Assembly: GCA_002009975.1 (NCBI GenBank)
Contig: MTLP01000032.1
Location: forward strand, 127,443-167,971
Origin: Thermococcus sp. JdFR-02
GTDB taxonomy: Archaea > Methanobacteriota_B > Thermococci > Thermococcales > Thermococcaceae
Direction of reading: 5' to 3'
DNA: 40,529 bases
The position numbers and the translations under genes are program-made. The notes under the pieces are model-generated. The model was not told the DNA's origin. It saw only the letters and a list, made by a program, of their open reading frames with translations, and made no database searches. The stretch's first letter is position 1. Each line of letters begins with the position of its first letter. This document shows positions 1 through 8,732 of the stretch, piece by piece.

Positions 1-164
1 CCTGCCATTAAACCAGTTCCCAAGTGTATAAAACCACTAATCTCAAAACCAATGTAGTGTTGTAGAGGAACACCATTCTCTAACAACTGCTTCAAATCTT
101 CAACTGTTAGAACCTCTTCCACTGGTTTTCTTATAATCAAGTTTAGTCTCTCTTCAATATTCAT
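1..164 (-). CDS. tyrS: Tyrosine--tRNA ligase, N-terminal part (truncated by the window edge; not in the ORF track)
   Basis: Manual minus-strand translation from ATG at 164 gives [55 protein letters not shown]. It has the archaeal Tyr[10 protein letters not shown] motif and a HIGH-like HLGT; GGTGGTGA RBS upstream. Confidence 0.93.
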   Translation of the reverse strand, partial: MNIEERLNLIIRKPVEEVLTVEDLKQLLENGVPLQHYIGFEISGFIHLGTGLMA

Positions 165-408
165 AACATCACCACCTTAAGCCAAAGACGTCTTAACCCT
201 TTAAGTCTTTTACGTTAATGTTGAGAGTGAAATACTCGACAAATTTAATTCTAAATCGACTTTCAGATGATTTAAAATTTGACTTTCATATGTTAAGCTC
301 ATTCATGCTCCCTTTAGTAATAATAAAGGCATTTGGGATTATTCTAAGTCAATGGTGTCATAACATTTATAACTATGATGTTTACTAAAATTTTATTTGG
401 TGAATACC

Positions 409-1548
409 ATGAGGAAGTTTGCCATAATTTTGTTAGTACTAATGTTTTTTGGAGCTTTTAGTTTTGTATTTGCAAGTGCTACAACGGTAGCAGTAGACTT
501 AGCACATGGTGAAAACGACAAATATCTCGCAAGCGATGCTATTGATAGGGATACAAATGAAACTTTAGCACACGGAATTGTTAAGACCATAACAGATGTA
601 AAATGGGGCTATTTTGGCGATCCAACACAAGCAGATGTCCTTGGGATAACACATCTTGGAGAAAAGATAACTGCAGATGCTTTAAAGAATGTTGACGTAT
701 TAATTATTGGACAGCCTTCAAGTCCCTTTGAACCAGATGAAGTCCAAGCAATTGCTGAGTGGTTTAAGCAGGGTGGAAAGGTCCTTTGGGTTGCTGGAGA
801 TAGCGACTATGGTAGCGGTGTTCAAGTCCAAGATGTTGTAAACTCAATTCTTGATCAATTAGGTGTCGGCAAGTTAAGACTTGACCTCTGTTCAGTTGAA
901 GACCCAGTTAGCAATGCGGGTAGGGGTTATAGAGTAGTCGGTGTTGCCAACCCAGATGAAAACACACCAGGAAGAGCATTAATAGTTTCAGGATTCACAA
1001 AAGGTGGAAAGGTTCTCTATCACGGTCCAGGTGTAGTTGCATGGGTAGATGAGAACGGAAACTGGCAACAATTAGTTGATGGGAACGTTCCAGAGAATGT
1101 TTACAGAATCGTCAAGACAACAGAAAACGGACAAATCGTTGAGAACAACGACCCACCAGCTTACGCCTACTTAGCTGGTGATACTGGAGTTTTCACACTC
1201 CTAGCAGCTGAAGTTATTAAATTTGGAGACAAGCAAAGCGTGTTAATCGTTAGCGGTGAATCACCCTATGGTGACTACGAGCCAACATGGTCACCAAAGT
1301 ATCACGGAGTTCCATTGGATGGTCCAGTCTTCGTTAGCAATATACTTCACTGGGCAATAGAACAAGCAAGCAAAGTTGAGCAACCAATCCCAACAGTAAC
1401 TGTTACCGAAACCGTAACCAAGACCGTCACTGAGACAGCCACCGAGACAGTAACAGAAACAGTCGAAGCTCCAGCTAAGGGTGTTTGTGGTCCTGCTGCA
1501 TTGCTTGGACTAGCACTAATACCACTGCTTCTAAGAAGAAAGAAGTGA
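409..1548 (+). CDS. Secreted CGP-CTERM-anchored surface protein (GATase-like/DUF4350-like domain) associated with an ABC transporter
   Basis: Signal peptide MRKFAIILLVLMFF; AVDLAHGE and DVLIIGQP..F...E...I..W...GG pattern; Thr-rich linker; C-terminal GVCGPAALLGLALIPLLLRRKK. Start moved to ATG 409, behind a GGTGA RBS. Confidence 0.8.
   Translation: MRKFAIILLVLMFFGAFSFVFASATTVAVDLAHGENDKYLASDAIDRDTNETLAHGIVKTITDVKWGYFGDPTQADVLGITHLGEKITADALKNVDVLIIGQPSSPFEPDEVQAIAEWFKQGGKVLWVAGDSDYGSGVQVQDVVNSILDQLGVGKLRLDLCSVEDPVSNAGRGYRVVGVANPDENTPGRALIVSGFTKGGKVLYHGPGVVAWVDENGNWQQLVDGNVPENVYRIVKTTENGQIVENNDPPAYAYLAGDTGVFTLLAAEVIKFGDKQSVLIVSGESPYGDYEPTWSPKYHGVPLDGPVFVSNILHWAIEQASKVEQPIPTVTVTETVTKTVTETATETVTETVEAPAKGVCGPAALLGLALIPLLLRRKK
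1393..1465 (+). repeat. Thr-rich (TVTE)n linker repeat within the CDS
   Basis: Encodes TVTVTETVTKTVTETATETVTETV. Confidence 0.8.
1471..1548 (+). repeat. 78-bp direct repeat, copy 1 (CGP-CTERM coding sequence)
   Basis: 76/78 identical to 8650-8727; both mismatches are synonymous. Confidence 0.95.
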
Positions 1549-1577
1549 AATTTCTCCCTTTCAATCCTTTATTTTTA
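1549..1577 (+). terminator. T-rich archaeal terminator candidate
   Basis: Pyrimidine/oligo-T tract immediately after the stop codon. Confidence 0.45.
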
Positions 1578-1603
1578 ACATTTTCATGAAACAAAAATTT
1601 AAA
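1573..1603 (+). promoter_or_regulatory. BRE/TATA promoter with an upstream AACAT-N4-ATG motif
   Basis: TTTTAACATTTTCATGAAACAAAAATTTAAA, 24/31 identical without gaps to 21985-22015. Confidence 0.55.
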
Positions 1604-1639
1604 GAGCTTTTTGTTAAACTTCATCAGAGGTGATTAACG

Positions 1640-3082
1640 GTGAAGAAAAACCTCGCTTTGCCTATAATTATGCTACTTTTGGTTAGTGTCATTGCAGGAT
1701 GTATTGGGGGAGGTGAAACTCCCACTACAACAACACCTGGAACTTCCGAAACAACTGCTTCAACAACCCCCACTGAAGAAATAAAGAGAGAGCCAACAAA
1801 GCTCGTGATTTTAACAAGACATGATACCACAATCCAGATGTTGGTGAAACAACAGTTTCTAAAAAGCGAAATCGCGAAAAAATACAACATAGTTGACCTA
1901 ATATTTAGAAATGCTCCTGCATCACAATGGAAAGTTTTCATTGAGAGAGGACAAGCTGACATAGGTTGGGGTGGAGGACCAACGCTCTTTGATGACCTCT
2001 TTAAGCAAGGATACCTAGCTCCAATTGACGATCCTCAAGTTTTGGGACTACTCGGTACTGACATACAGGAGAGCATTGCTGGAATGCCAATGGTAAGGAA
2101 AGGAGATGATGGAAAAGTTTATTGGATTGCCGCAGCATTGTCTTCCTTTGGTTTCACAATCAACAAGGATGTTTTAGCTAGATGGAACTTACCAGCTCCA
2201 GAAAAGTGGGAAGACATAGCAAGTGAAACCTTTGCCATTGATCCCCCACAAGTTGGAATTGCTGATCCAACAAGAAGTACCTCAAACACAAGGATTTACC
2301 AGATTATCCTCCAAGCCTTTGGATGGGAAGAAGGTTGGAAGGTATTAACAATAATCGCGGCAAATTCAAAGATTTATGACGCAAGTGATGCAGTTAGAGA
2401 AGCTGTAATTGCTGGAGATATAGCGGTTGGAAATACGATTGACTTCTATGGTTACACTGCAATGAAGCTCAACCCATCTTGTGTCTATGTAGTTCCAAAA
2501 GGAGAGAGTGTCATCAATGGTGACCCCATTGCTCTGTTAAAGAGTACAAGAAATAAAGAAGCAGCACAGGCATTCATTTATTGGGTATTAACCGAAGGAC
2601 AAAAAGTTTGGTTAGATGAGAACATTAACAGAATGCCAGTCAATCCAAAGATATTTGACACACCAGAAGGGCAAAAGAGACCAGATTTGAAGAAAGCTTA
2701 TGAGTTAACACTAAAGACTCAAGGAATTCAATTTGATGATGCAAAAGCTTTAGCAACTGAGAAAGCTTTGCAATACTACTTTAAGGCTACCTTGGTTGAT
2801 GCAAGCCAAGAACTACACAGAGCATGGGTTGCATTGGTTAAAGCTTACAAGCAAGGTAAGATAAGTAAGGACAGATATGAGCAATTAAGGGCTATGCTCC
2901 TAGAACCCATAAAGTTTAAAGACCCAGACACCGGTAAAATCGTGACTTTCACAGAAGAATATGCGGCAAAGATAAATGATAGACTAGTTAAGGATGCTTC
3001 ATTTAAAGACCAATTAATGCAAGAATGGAGAGATGCTGCAAGAGAAAAATACAATAGAGTATTAGCGGAGGTGCAAGGATGA
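1640..3082 (+). CDS. ABC transporter substrate-binding lipoprotein (Fe3+/thiamine/AfuA-like family)
   Basis: Lipobox IAGC, Thr-rich linker, ADIGWGGG, IADPTRSTS and GDPIALLK motifs; GGTGA RBS before GTG. Confidence 0.88.
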   Translation: MKKNLALPIIMLLLVSVIAGCIGGGETPTTTTPGTSETTASTTPTEEIKREPTKLVILTRHDTTIQMLVKQQFLKSEIAKKYNIVDLIFRNAPASQWKVFIERGQADIGWGGGPTLFDDLFKQGYLAPIDDPQVLGLLGTDIQESIAGMPMVRKGDDGKVYWIAAALSSFGFTINKDVLARWNLPAPEKWEDIASETFAIDPPQVGIADPTRSTSNTRIYQIILQAFGWEEGWKVLTIIAANSKIYDASDAVREAVIAGDIAVGNTIDFYGYTAMKLNPSCVYVVPKGESVINGDPIALLKSTRNKEAAQAFIYWVLTEGQKVWLDENINRMPVNPKIFDTPEGQKRPDLKKAYELTLKTQGIQFDDAKALATEKALQYYFKATLVDASQELHRAWVALVKAYKQGKISKDRYEQLRAMLLEPIKFKDPDTGKIVTFTEEYAAKINDRLVKDASFKDQLMQEWRDAAREKYNRVLAEVQG

Positions 3083-4914
3083 GAATAAGCAAATGGAGTG
3101 AAAAACTCTTTGGGACTCCCTTGTTTGAGCCCCTTGTTGCCTTTTCTTTTCTATTTCCGTTATTGTACTTAGTTGTGTTTTTAATTGTTCCCGTCTTAGC
3201 AATGCTTTTTATAGCCTTCACCTATGAAGGTAATTTCTCACTTCACTGGTTTAAAAGCATCTTAGGATCAAGCTATTACATACAGCTCCCTCCACAGGGA
3301 GATTTTGTTACTAAACAGGTAACCGCGACTGGTGAGACCATATATTTAATTAGGGGAATAGATTTTGGGGTTATAATCAACTCCTTAGTCGTCGCATTCT
3401 TTGTAACTCTATTGGCTTCATTAATAGGAACCATCTTCGCATTTGTGATGGCAAGATATGATTTTAAAGGAAAGAACTTCTTTAGAATTGCCTTGTTTAT
3501 TCCCCTTTTAGTCACTCCCTTTGTGAACGCATATGTAATTAAAAGAATGTTCATAGAATATGGTCTTGTGAATTTCATCCTTCATGACATCTTCCAAATT
3601 CCCTTTAGGATTAAAATAGATGGTTTAGTTGGTGTTGCCTTAGCTCAGGCAATGGCTTACTATCCAATAGTTTATCTAAACGCTTATGCAAGCTTCATTA
3701 ACATAGACCCAACTTTGGAGGAACAAGCAGAGAACTTGGGAAGTAAGAGCTTTCACTTATTTAGAACAGTGACATTTCCCTTAGCTCTGCCTGGCATAGC
3801 GGCTGGAGCAACCTTAGTATTTATATTCAGTTTGGAAGACCTAGCAGCTCCAATAGTTTTCCATGGTGATCCTTTAGCAAAGAAATTGATGTCATTCCAA
3901 ATATTTAGCAAATTCATCAGCGAATTTGGTGAAAGAAGTCCAGAAATAGCTGCTTTATCAATTATTATGCTCACTTTAGCCATTCTAGCGTTCTTAGGCA
4001 TTAGAAAATACGTTAGCCTAAGGCAGTATGCGATGCTCAGCAAAGGTGGAAGATGGAAACCAAGGGTAAGTGACCCAAGACCATGGCAGAAGGTTATAAT
4101 TTACGTGCTTTTATTGCCACTCTTATTGTTCACAATATTTCCACAAATCGGCGTTGTTCTCCTAGCTTTCTCAAAGCAATGGAGTGTTACAGTTCTACCA
4201 CACGGTTTCACCACAAACTACATCAAAGAGATGATAATAAATCCAGACGTTAGAAGATATATTGTAAACAGCTTAGTCTATTCAGGTTCAGCAGTCATTT
4301 TAATAATCTTGCTTGCAGTAACCTCTTCATACGCTGCTGGAAGATTTAAAGGCGCATTAAGTCCAGTGTTGGAAAGTATCGTCATATTGCCAATTGCCGT
4401 TCCAGGTATAGTTGTTGCCATGGGATACTTTTACTTCTTCTCAAACCTATTCCCCAACACAATCTTAGACCCAGTGAGCATTACATTTAATCCAGCATTC
4501 GTGCTCATACTTTCCTATTCAATTAGAAGACTCCCATTCGCAGCACGTTCTGTCTATGCTGGATTGCAACAAGTGCACGTGTCATTAGAGGAATCATCTC
4601 TAAACCTTGGTGCATCGAGATGGAAAACTATAACTGGAATACTGCTACCATTAATTTCGCTGAACGTCTTTGGCGGTGGAATGCTAAGCTTTGTCTATGC
4701 GATGAGCGAGACAAGTACAAGTATTACCCTAGGTTCGATTGCAATAGAAAAAGCTCCAATAACGGCGTTTATGAAAGATATAATGCTCTCAGCGGCAGGA
4801 AGTGTTAATATTGCGGCAGCGTTGGGTGTGCTGTTAATTACAGTCCAAATAATTTCAATAGTTGTTGTTAACATAATAACCAAGCAAAGATATGCCTTCA
4901 TAGGTTTAACATGA
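3079..4914 (+). CDS. ABC transporter permease with two fused membrane domains (FbpB/ThiP-like)
   Basis: Many TM helices and two EAA-like loops (LEEQAENLG, LEESSLNLGAS); ATGA overlap with the upstream gene. Confidence 0.9.
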   Translation: MRISKWSEKLFGTPLFEPLVAFSFLFPLLYLVVFLIVPVLAMLFIAFTYEGNFSLHWFKSILGSSYYIQLPPQGDFVTKQVTATGETIYLIRGIDFGVIINSLVVAFFVTLLASLIGTIFAFVMARYDFKGKNFFRIALFIPLLVTPFVNAYVIKRMFIEYGLVNFILHDIFQIPFRIKIDGLVGVALAQAMAYYPIVYLNAYASFINIDPTLEEQAENLGSKSFHLFRTVTFPLALPGIAAGATLVFIFSLEDLAAPIVFHGDPLAKKLMSFQIFSKFISEFGERSPEIAALSIIMLTLAILAFLGIRKYVSLRQYAMLSKGGRWKPRVSDPRPWQKVIIYVLLLPLLLFTIFPQIGVVLLAFSKQWSVTVLPHGFTTNYIKEMIINPDVRRYIVNSLVYSGSAVILIILLAVTSSYAAGRFKGALSPVLESIVILPIAVPGIVVAMGYFYFFSNLFPNTILDPVSITFNPAFVLILSYSIRRLPFAARSVYAGLQQVHVSLEESSLNLGASRWKTITGILLPLISLNVFGGGMLSFVYAMSETSTSITLGSIAIEKAPITAFMKDIMLSAAGSVNIAAALGVLLITVQIISIVVVNIITKQRYAFIGLT

Positions 4915-4923
4915 GGTGAGATT

Positions 4924-5988
4924 ATGGTTGAAGTCAAACTCAAAGATGTTGTCAAAACCTTTGGAGAAACAGTTGCGTTAAAGGGAGTAGATTTAGAAAT
5001 AAAGCATGGAGAGCTATTTACATTGCTTGGACCTAGTGGTTGTGGTAAGTCAACTACTTTGAGAATCATAGCTGGTTTAGATTTCCCAGACAGGGGAGAA
5101 ATATGGTTTGACGACAGTGAAGTGACATATCTAAGCTCAAGCGAGAGAGGAGCAGTTTTGGTTTTCCAAAACTATGCGTTATGGCCCCATATGACAGTTT
5201 ATGACAACATAGCCTATGGTTTGAAAGTCAGGAAGCTTCCTAAGAGTGAAATAGATAAAAAAGTCAGATGGGCTTTGGAATTAGTTAAACTCGAAGGTTT
5301 TGAGGATAGATACCCAACACAGCTAAGTGGTGGACAGCAGCAGAGAGTTGCAATTGCTAGAGCCTTAGTTGTCGAACCAAAGCTTCTCCTTTTAGACGAA
5401 CCTCTCTCAAACTTAGATGCAAAGCTTAGGCTCGAAATGCGTTCAGAGATTAGGAGAATTCAAAGAGAGCTTGGAATCACCGTTATATACGTTACCCACG
5501 ACCAAGAGGAAGCAATGGCAATAAGCGATAGAATCGCTGTGATGAACATTGGAAATATTGAGCAAGTTGGAACACCTAGAGAAATCTACGAACAACCAAG
5601 AACAGAATTTGTCGCATCATTTATGGGTAAAACCAACGTTATTCCAGCTAAAGTGGTTGAAAGAGAGGAGAATAAGGTTACTGTTGAGTTTGAAAGCTTT
5701 AGACTTGATGGACTAACATACAACGAAAAGAACGACAATGTGGTCATAGTTATTAGACCAGAGCGTATAAGCTTACATCCAATAGAAAATGCGGTTACTT
5801 TAACGGGCAAAGTTGATCTTATAGAATACTATGGATTCTTCATTGAAATCGTTGGCCTCTTTGGAGAAAAGAGGATCATAGCAAGAACAATAAGTGACAA
5901 GGACATTAAAGGTTTAAAACCTCAAGGAGAGGTTACCTTCTATATTAACAGGGAAGACATATTAGTTTTGCCAAGACAACAGCTATAA
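4924..5988 (+). CDS. ABC transporter ATP-binding protein (FbpC/PotA-like, with TOBE domain)
   Basis: Walker A GPSGCGKS, signature LSGGQQQ, Walker B LLLLDE, H-loop VTHD. Confidence 0.95.
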   Translation: MVEVKLKDVVKTFGETVALKGVDLEIKHGELFTLLGPSGCGKSTTLRIIAGLDFPDRGEIWFDDSEVTYLSSSERGAVLVFQNYALWPHMTVYDNIAYGLKVRKLPKSEIDKKVRWALELVKLEGFEDRYPTQLSGGQQQRVAIARALVVEPKLLLLDEPLSNLDAKLRLEMRSEIRRIQRELGITVIYVTHDQEEAMAISDRIAVMNIGNIEQVGTPREIYEQPRTEFVASFMGKTNVIPAKVVEREENKVTVEFESFRLDGLTYNEKNDNVVIVIRPERISLHPIENAVTLTGKVDLIEYYGFFIEIVGLFGEKRIIARTISDKDIKGLKPQGEVTFYINREDILVLPRQQL

Positions 5989-6019
5989 CCTTCTCTTTAC
6001 CCATTATTTTGGTGATTTT

Positions 6020-6628
6020 ATGAAGGATATTTTTGAAGAGGGAAAAGTATACGAAGTTTTGCTTGTTACCAAGAGCAATGTAACCCCCATTGGAGTTGTT
6101 AGAAAGGGCAATAAATTTCATTTTAAGCTCTTTGGTGGGAAAAGCTTTCAGGAGATTAAAAATTCACCTTTTGCTGTACTTCATGTAATTCAGGATGTTG
6201 AGCTTTTAATCAAAGCAGCTTTGAACATGGAGTTAAATATAGAGTTTGAAGATGCAAAAACAGTTCCAATCAAGAGAATTAAAGGAATGCCAGCTACAAT
6301 TGAGGGTAAAGTGGAATGGAAAGAAGAGCAGTGGAAAGATGAACTTGGAGAAACGAAAGTTCTAAGTTGTGTTTTAACTCCCACATATCAGGAGATGTCT
6401 CTTATTCCAATAAAACCTCTAAGCAGGGCAGATTACGCACTTTTAGAGATGGGAGTTCTTTTGACTAGACTTTTTGTTGCTACAAGGAAGAATAAGGTTG
6501 ATCTTGCGAGGAAGATATATTCAAAAATTTGGGAAAACTATCAGCTTTACAAGCATTTAGGTGGAAAAAGTGAACTTGCTGAAAAAATTATCGGTCTAAG
6601 TGTGATTTCCGTGAGATGGAACACATAA
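6020..6628 (+). CDS. DUF447-family protein (split-barrel-like)
   Basis: EVLLVTKSNVTPIGV N-terminus and LSRADYALLEMGVLLTRL C-terminal motif, typical of archaeal DUF447; GGTGA RBS. Confidence 0.7.
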   Translation: MKDIFEEGKVYEVLLVTKSNVTPIGVVRKGNKFHFKLFGGKSFQEIKNSPFAVLHVIQDVELLIKAALNMELNIEFEDAKTVPIKRIKGMPATIEGKVEWKEEQWKDELGETKVLSCVLTPTYQEMSLIPIKPLSRADYALLEMGVLLTRLFVATRKNKVDLARKIYSKIWENYQLYKHLGGKSELAEKIIGLSVISVRWNT

Positions 6629-6726
6629 TGTCAATCTTTAAACGCTTGTTATTGATTTATTCACAAATTTGTGTTGGAGTAAGGTTTTATATTTTAACAA
6701 CGCAATTTTTCTTTTGGTGGTATCTA

Positions 6727-8727
6727 ATGAGAAAGGCACTTGCATTGCTTTTGGTGTTTATGACTTTCTCTTTAATTCAAGTGGTTCCAATAAAAGCAGA
6801 AGTTTTTCCAATGGATGTTGTGACTTTCCCTGCTACCGGAAGTCCAGCAATAGCAAAGCCTGGAGAGACGATAACATTACAAGTAGCGGAAGGCGTCGAG
6901 ATAACTTCACTTTCGATAATCTCAATCCTAAATGGTCCCTATGAACTTCCAATAGTTAAAAAAGAAGGCACTAGTATAATAGCTAAAATACCAGAAAATG
7001 TTGTTCCAGATGCATACTTCCTGCAAGTTAAGTCAAATAAAGGGGAAGTCATAATTCCCAATGGTGTTTGGGTTCTTGAAGAATATCCAAAGGTTCTCAG
7101 GATTGCACATGGAAGTGACTTACACGTGACAAGTGGAGCAAAAGTCGGTTATGTGAAGGGAGAGCAGTTCTGTAGAAGCATCTTCAAATGTGGAGAAGGT
7201 GCAATTCCACTAAATAGCTACGTAGCAACAGACAGCTTTTACACATACTGGGCAATGAAAGATGTGGATGTTATTGTAGCAACTGGAGATGTTGTAGATA
7301 CAGCTGGTGATTCAAAAGGATACCAATTACTTGTAGATACTATTGAAAATGCTGTTGCTGCTGGAAAGCCAGTCATAGTCATAAAAGGAAACCACGATGA
7401 TCCACCCCAGTACTATGCAAAGCTTATTGGTCCAAAATACTTTAATCTGACAATTGGAAAGTTCTTAATTATTGGACTAGATAGCAGAGGAGAAGAAGCT
7501 CATCCAGATATGGCTCAGTTAAACTGGATGGAAAAAGTTTTGGAAGCTAATCCAGACAAAATACCCATTATTTTGGTACATCATCCCTATTGGTACACAA
7601 CTCCAGAAGGAAGAAGTGGAAAGATTGAAGGATACAGCGTCTTTGATGATTGGGAAACAATTGCCCCATGGGTAAGCTGGTATTGGATCGGAGGTCCTGA
7701 GAGAAAAAGTGAGGACATTGCAAAGCGTTTCTTGGAGGATGTTGAGAAATACAACATCAAACTTGTCTTATCTGGTCACGTTCACGCAGATTATGTACAA
7801 GTTTACATTGACAAGAATGGAAATAAGCACTGGTTTGTCACTTCAACTACAACTGGAGCACCAGATAAGAGAGAAGAAAACAATTGGTACGGTTCAAGAA
7901 TAGTTGAGATCGACGAGGAAGGAAATGTGAGATTGCCAGGAATTGAAGAGATGTTTGGAACAATATTTGGACCTTTAAGCTCTTATCCAGTTCCTCAAGA
8001 GTTCATGGTAATTAGAAAGACAAGCGACTTTGGATCAGCGGTTAAGTTCATAAACGGATTAGAGGAAATCAGCGGAAAATTTGTTTTGGTTGTTCCAGAG
8101 GGAGCAAAAGTTGATGACTCTGCTACAACTGTAAAATACAAGGTCTTAGGAGAAAGGACAATTGGAGATAAGCACTACATGCTCTTTGAGATAACGATTC
8201 CAAAGGGAGAGAGCCAATTGGTTGTTAGCAAAGGAAAGGACACCAAAAAACCAGAGATTAGCATAGCTTACACCTCCCCATCAAAACCAGTAAAAGGAAG
8301 ACCCTTCAAGGTTTACTTTAAAGCAACGGATAATTTAGGAATAAAGGATGTCTACATTGAAATTGAAGTAAACGGAGAGGTTAAGAGATATCCGGGAGAA
8401 CCAACAAAAGGAGATCCAAAGGGAGAATTCTTCCTAGCCCAAGTACCTGGCGTTAAGTCAGATAAATACATAATAAGAGCCGTCGCAATAGACTTCTATG
8501 GAAATAAAGCCACTGCAGAAAAGGGAATAGGAATGGAAGTAACAACTACAACGACGGCAAAACCAGAGCAAACCGTGACTGAGACAGTAACTGAGACGGT
8601 TACCGAAACTACGACTACAACTACAACGGTTACTGAAACTACAACAGTTCCAGCTAAGGGTGTTTGTGGTCCTGCTGCATTGCTTGGACTAGCACTAATA
8701 CCACTACTCCTAAGAAGAAAGAAGTGA
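6727..8727 (+). CDS. Secreted calcineurin-like metallophosphoesterase with Ig-like domains and a CGP-CTERM anchor
   Basis: Motifs SDLH, GDVVD, GNHD, HHP and GHVH. Signal peptide from ATG 6727 (GGTGG RBS), Thr-rich linker, CGP-CTERM tail. Confidence 0.88.
   Translation: MRKALALLLVFMTFSLIQVVPIKAEVFPMDVVTFPATGSPAIAKPGETITLQVAEGVEITSLSIISILNGPYELPIVKKEGTSIIAKIPENVVPDAYFLQVKSNKGEVIIPNGVWVLEEYPKVLRIAHGSDLHVTSGAKVGYVKGEQFCRSIFKCGEGAIPLNSYVATDSFYTYWAMKDVDVIVATGDVVDTAGDSKGYQLLVDTIENAVAAGKPVIVIKGNHDDPPQYYAKLIGPKYFNLTIGKFLIIGLDSRGEEAHPDMAQLNWMEKVLEANPDKIPIILVHHPYWYTTPEGRSGKIEGYSVFDDWETIAPWVSWYWIGGPERKSEDIAKRFLEDVEKYNIKLVLSGHVHADYVQVYIDKNGNKHWFVTSTTTGAPDKREENNWYGSRIVEIDEEGNVRLPGIEEMFGTIFGPLSSYPVPQEFMVIRKTSDFGSAVKFINGLEEISGKFVLVVPEGAKVDDSATTVKYKVLGERTIGDKHYMLFEITIPKGESQLVVSKGKDTKKPEISIAYTSPSKPVKGRPFKVYFKATDNLGIKDVYIEIEVNGEVKRYPGEPTKGDPKGEFFLAQVPGVKSDKYIIRAVAIDFYGNKATAEKGIGMEVTTTTTAKPEQTVTETVTETVTETTTTTTTVTETTTVPAKGVCGPAALLGLALIPLLLRRKK
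8650..8727 (+). repeat. 78-bp direct repeat, copy 2 (CGP-CTERM coding sequence)
   Basis: 76/78 identical to 1471-1548. Confidence 0.95.
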
Positions 8728-8732
8728 TTTTC

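Noticed and set aside
6616-6726. N-terminal extension of the phosphoesterase ORF
   Set aside because: The signal peptide and RBS indicate the start at 6727, and the extension spans a promoter-like region.
8542-8648. Short tandem-like repeats as a possible CRISPR or VNTR
   Set aside because: They are degenerate codons for a Thr-rich linker, with no constant repeat-spacer period.
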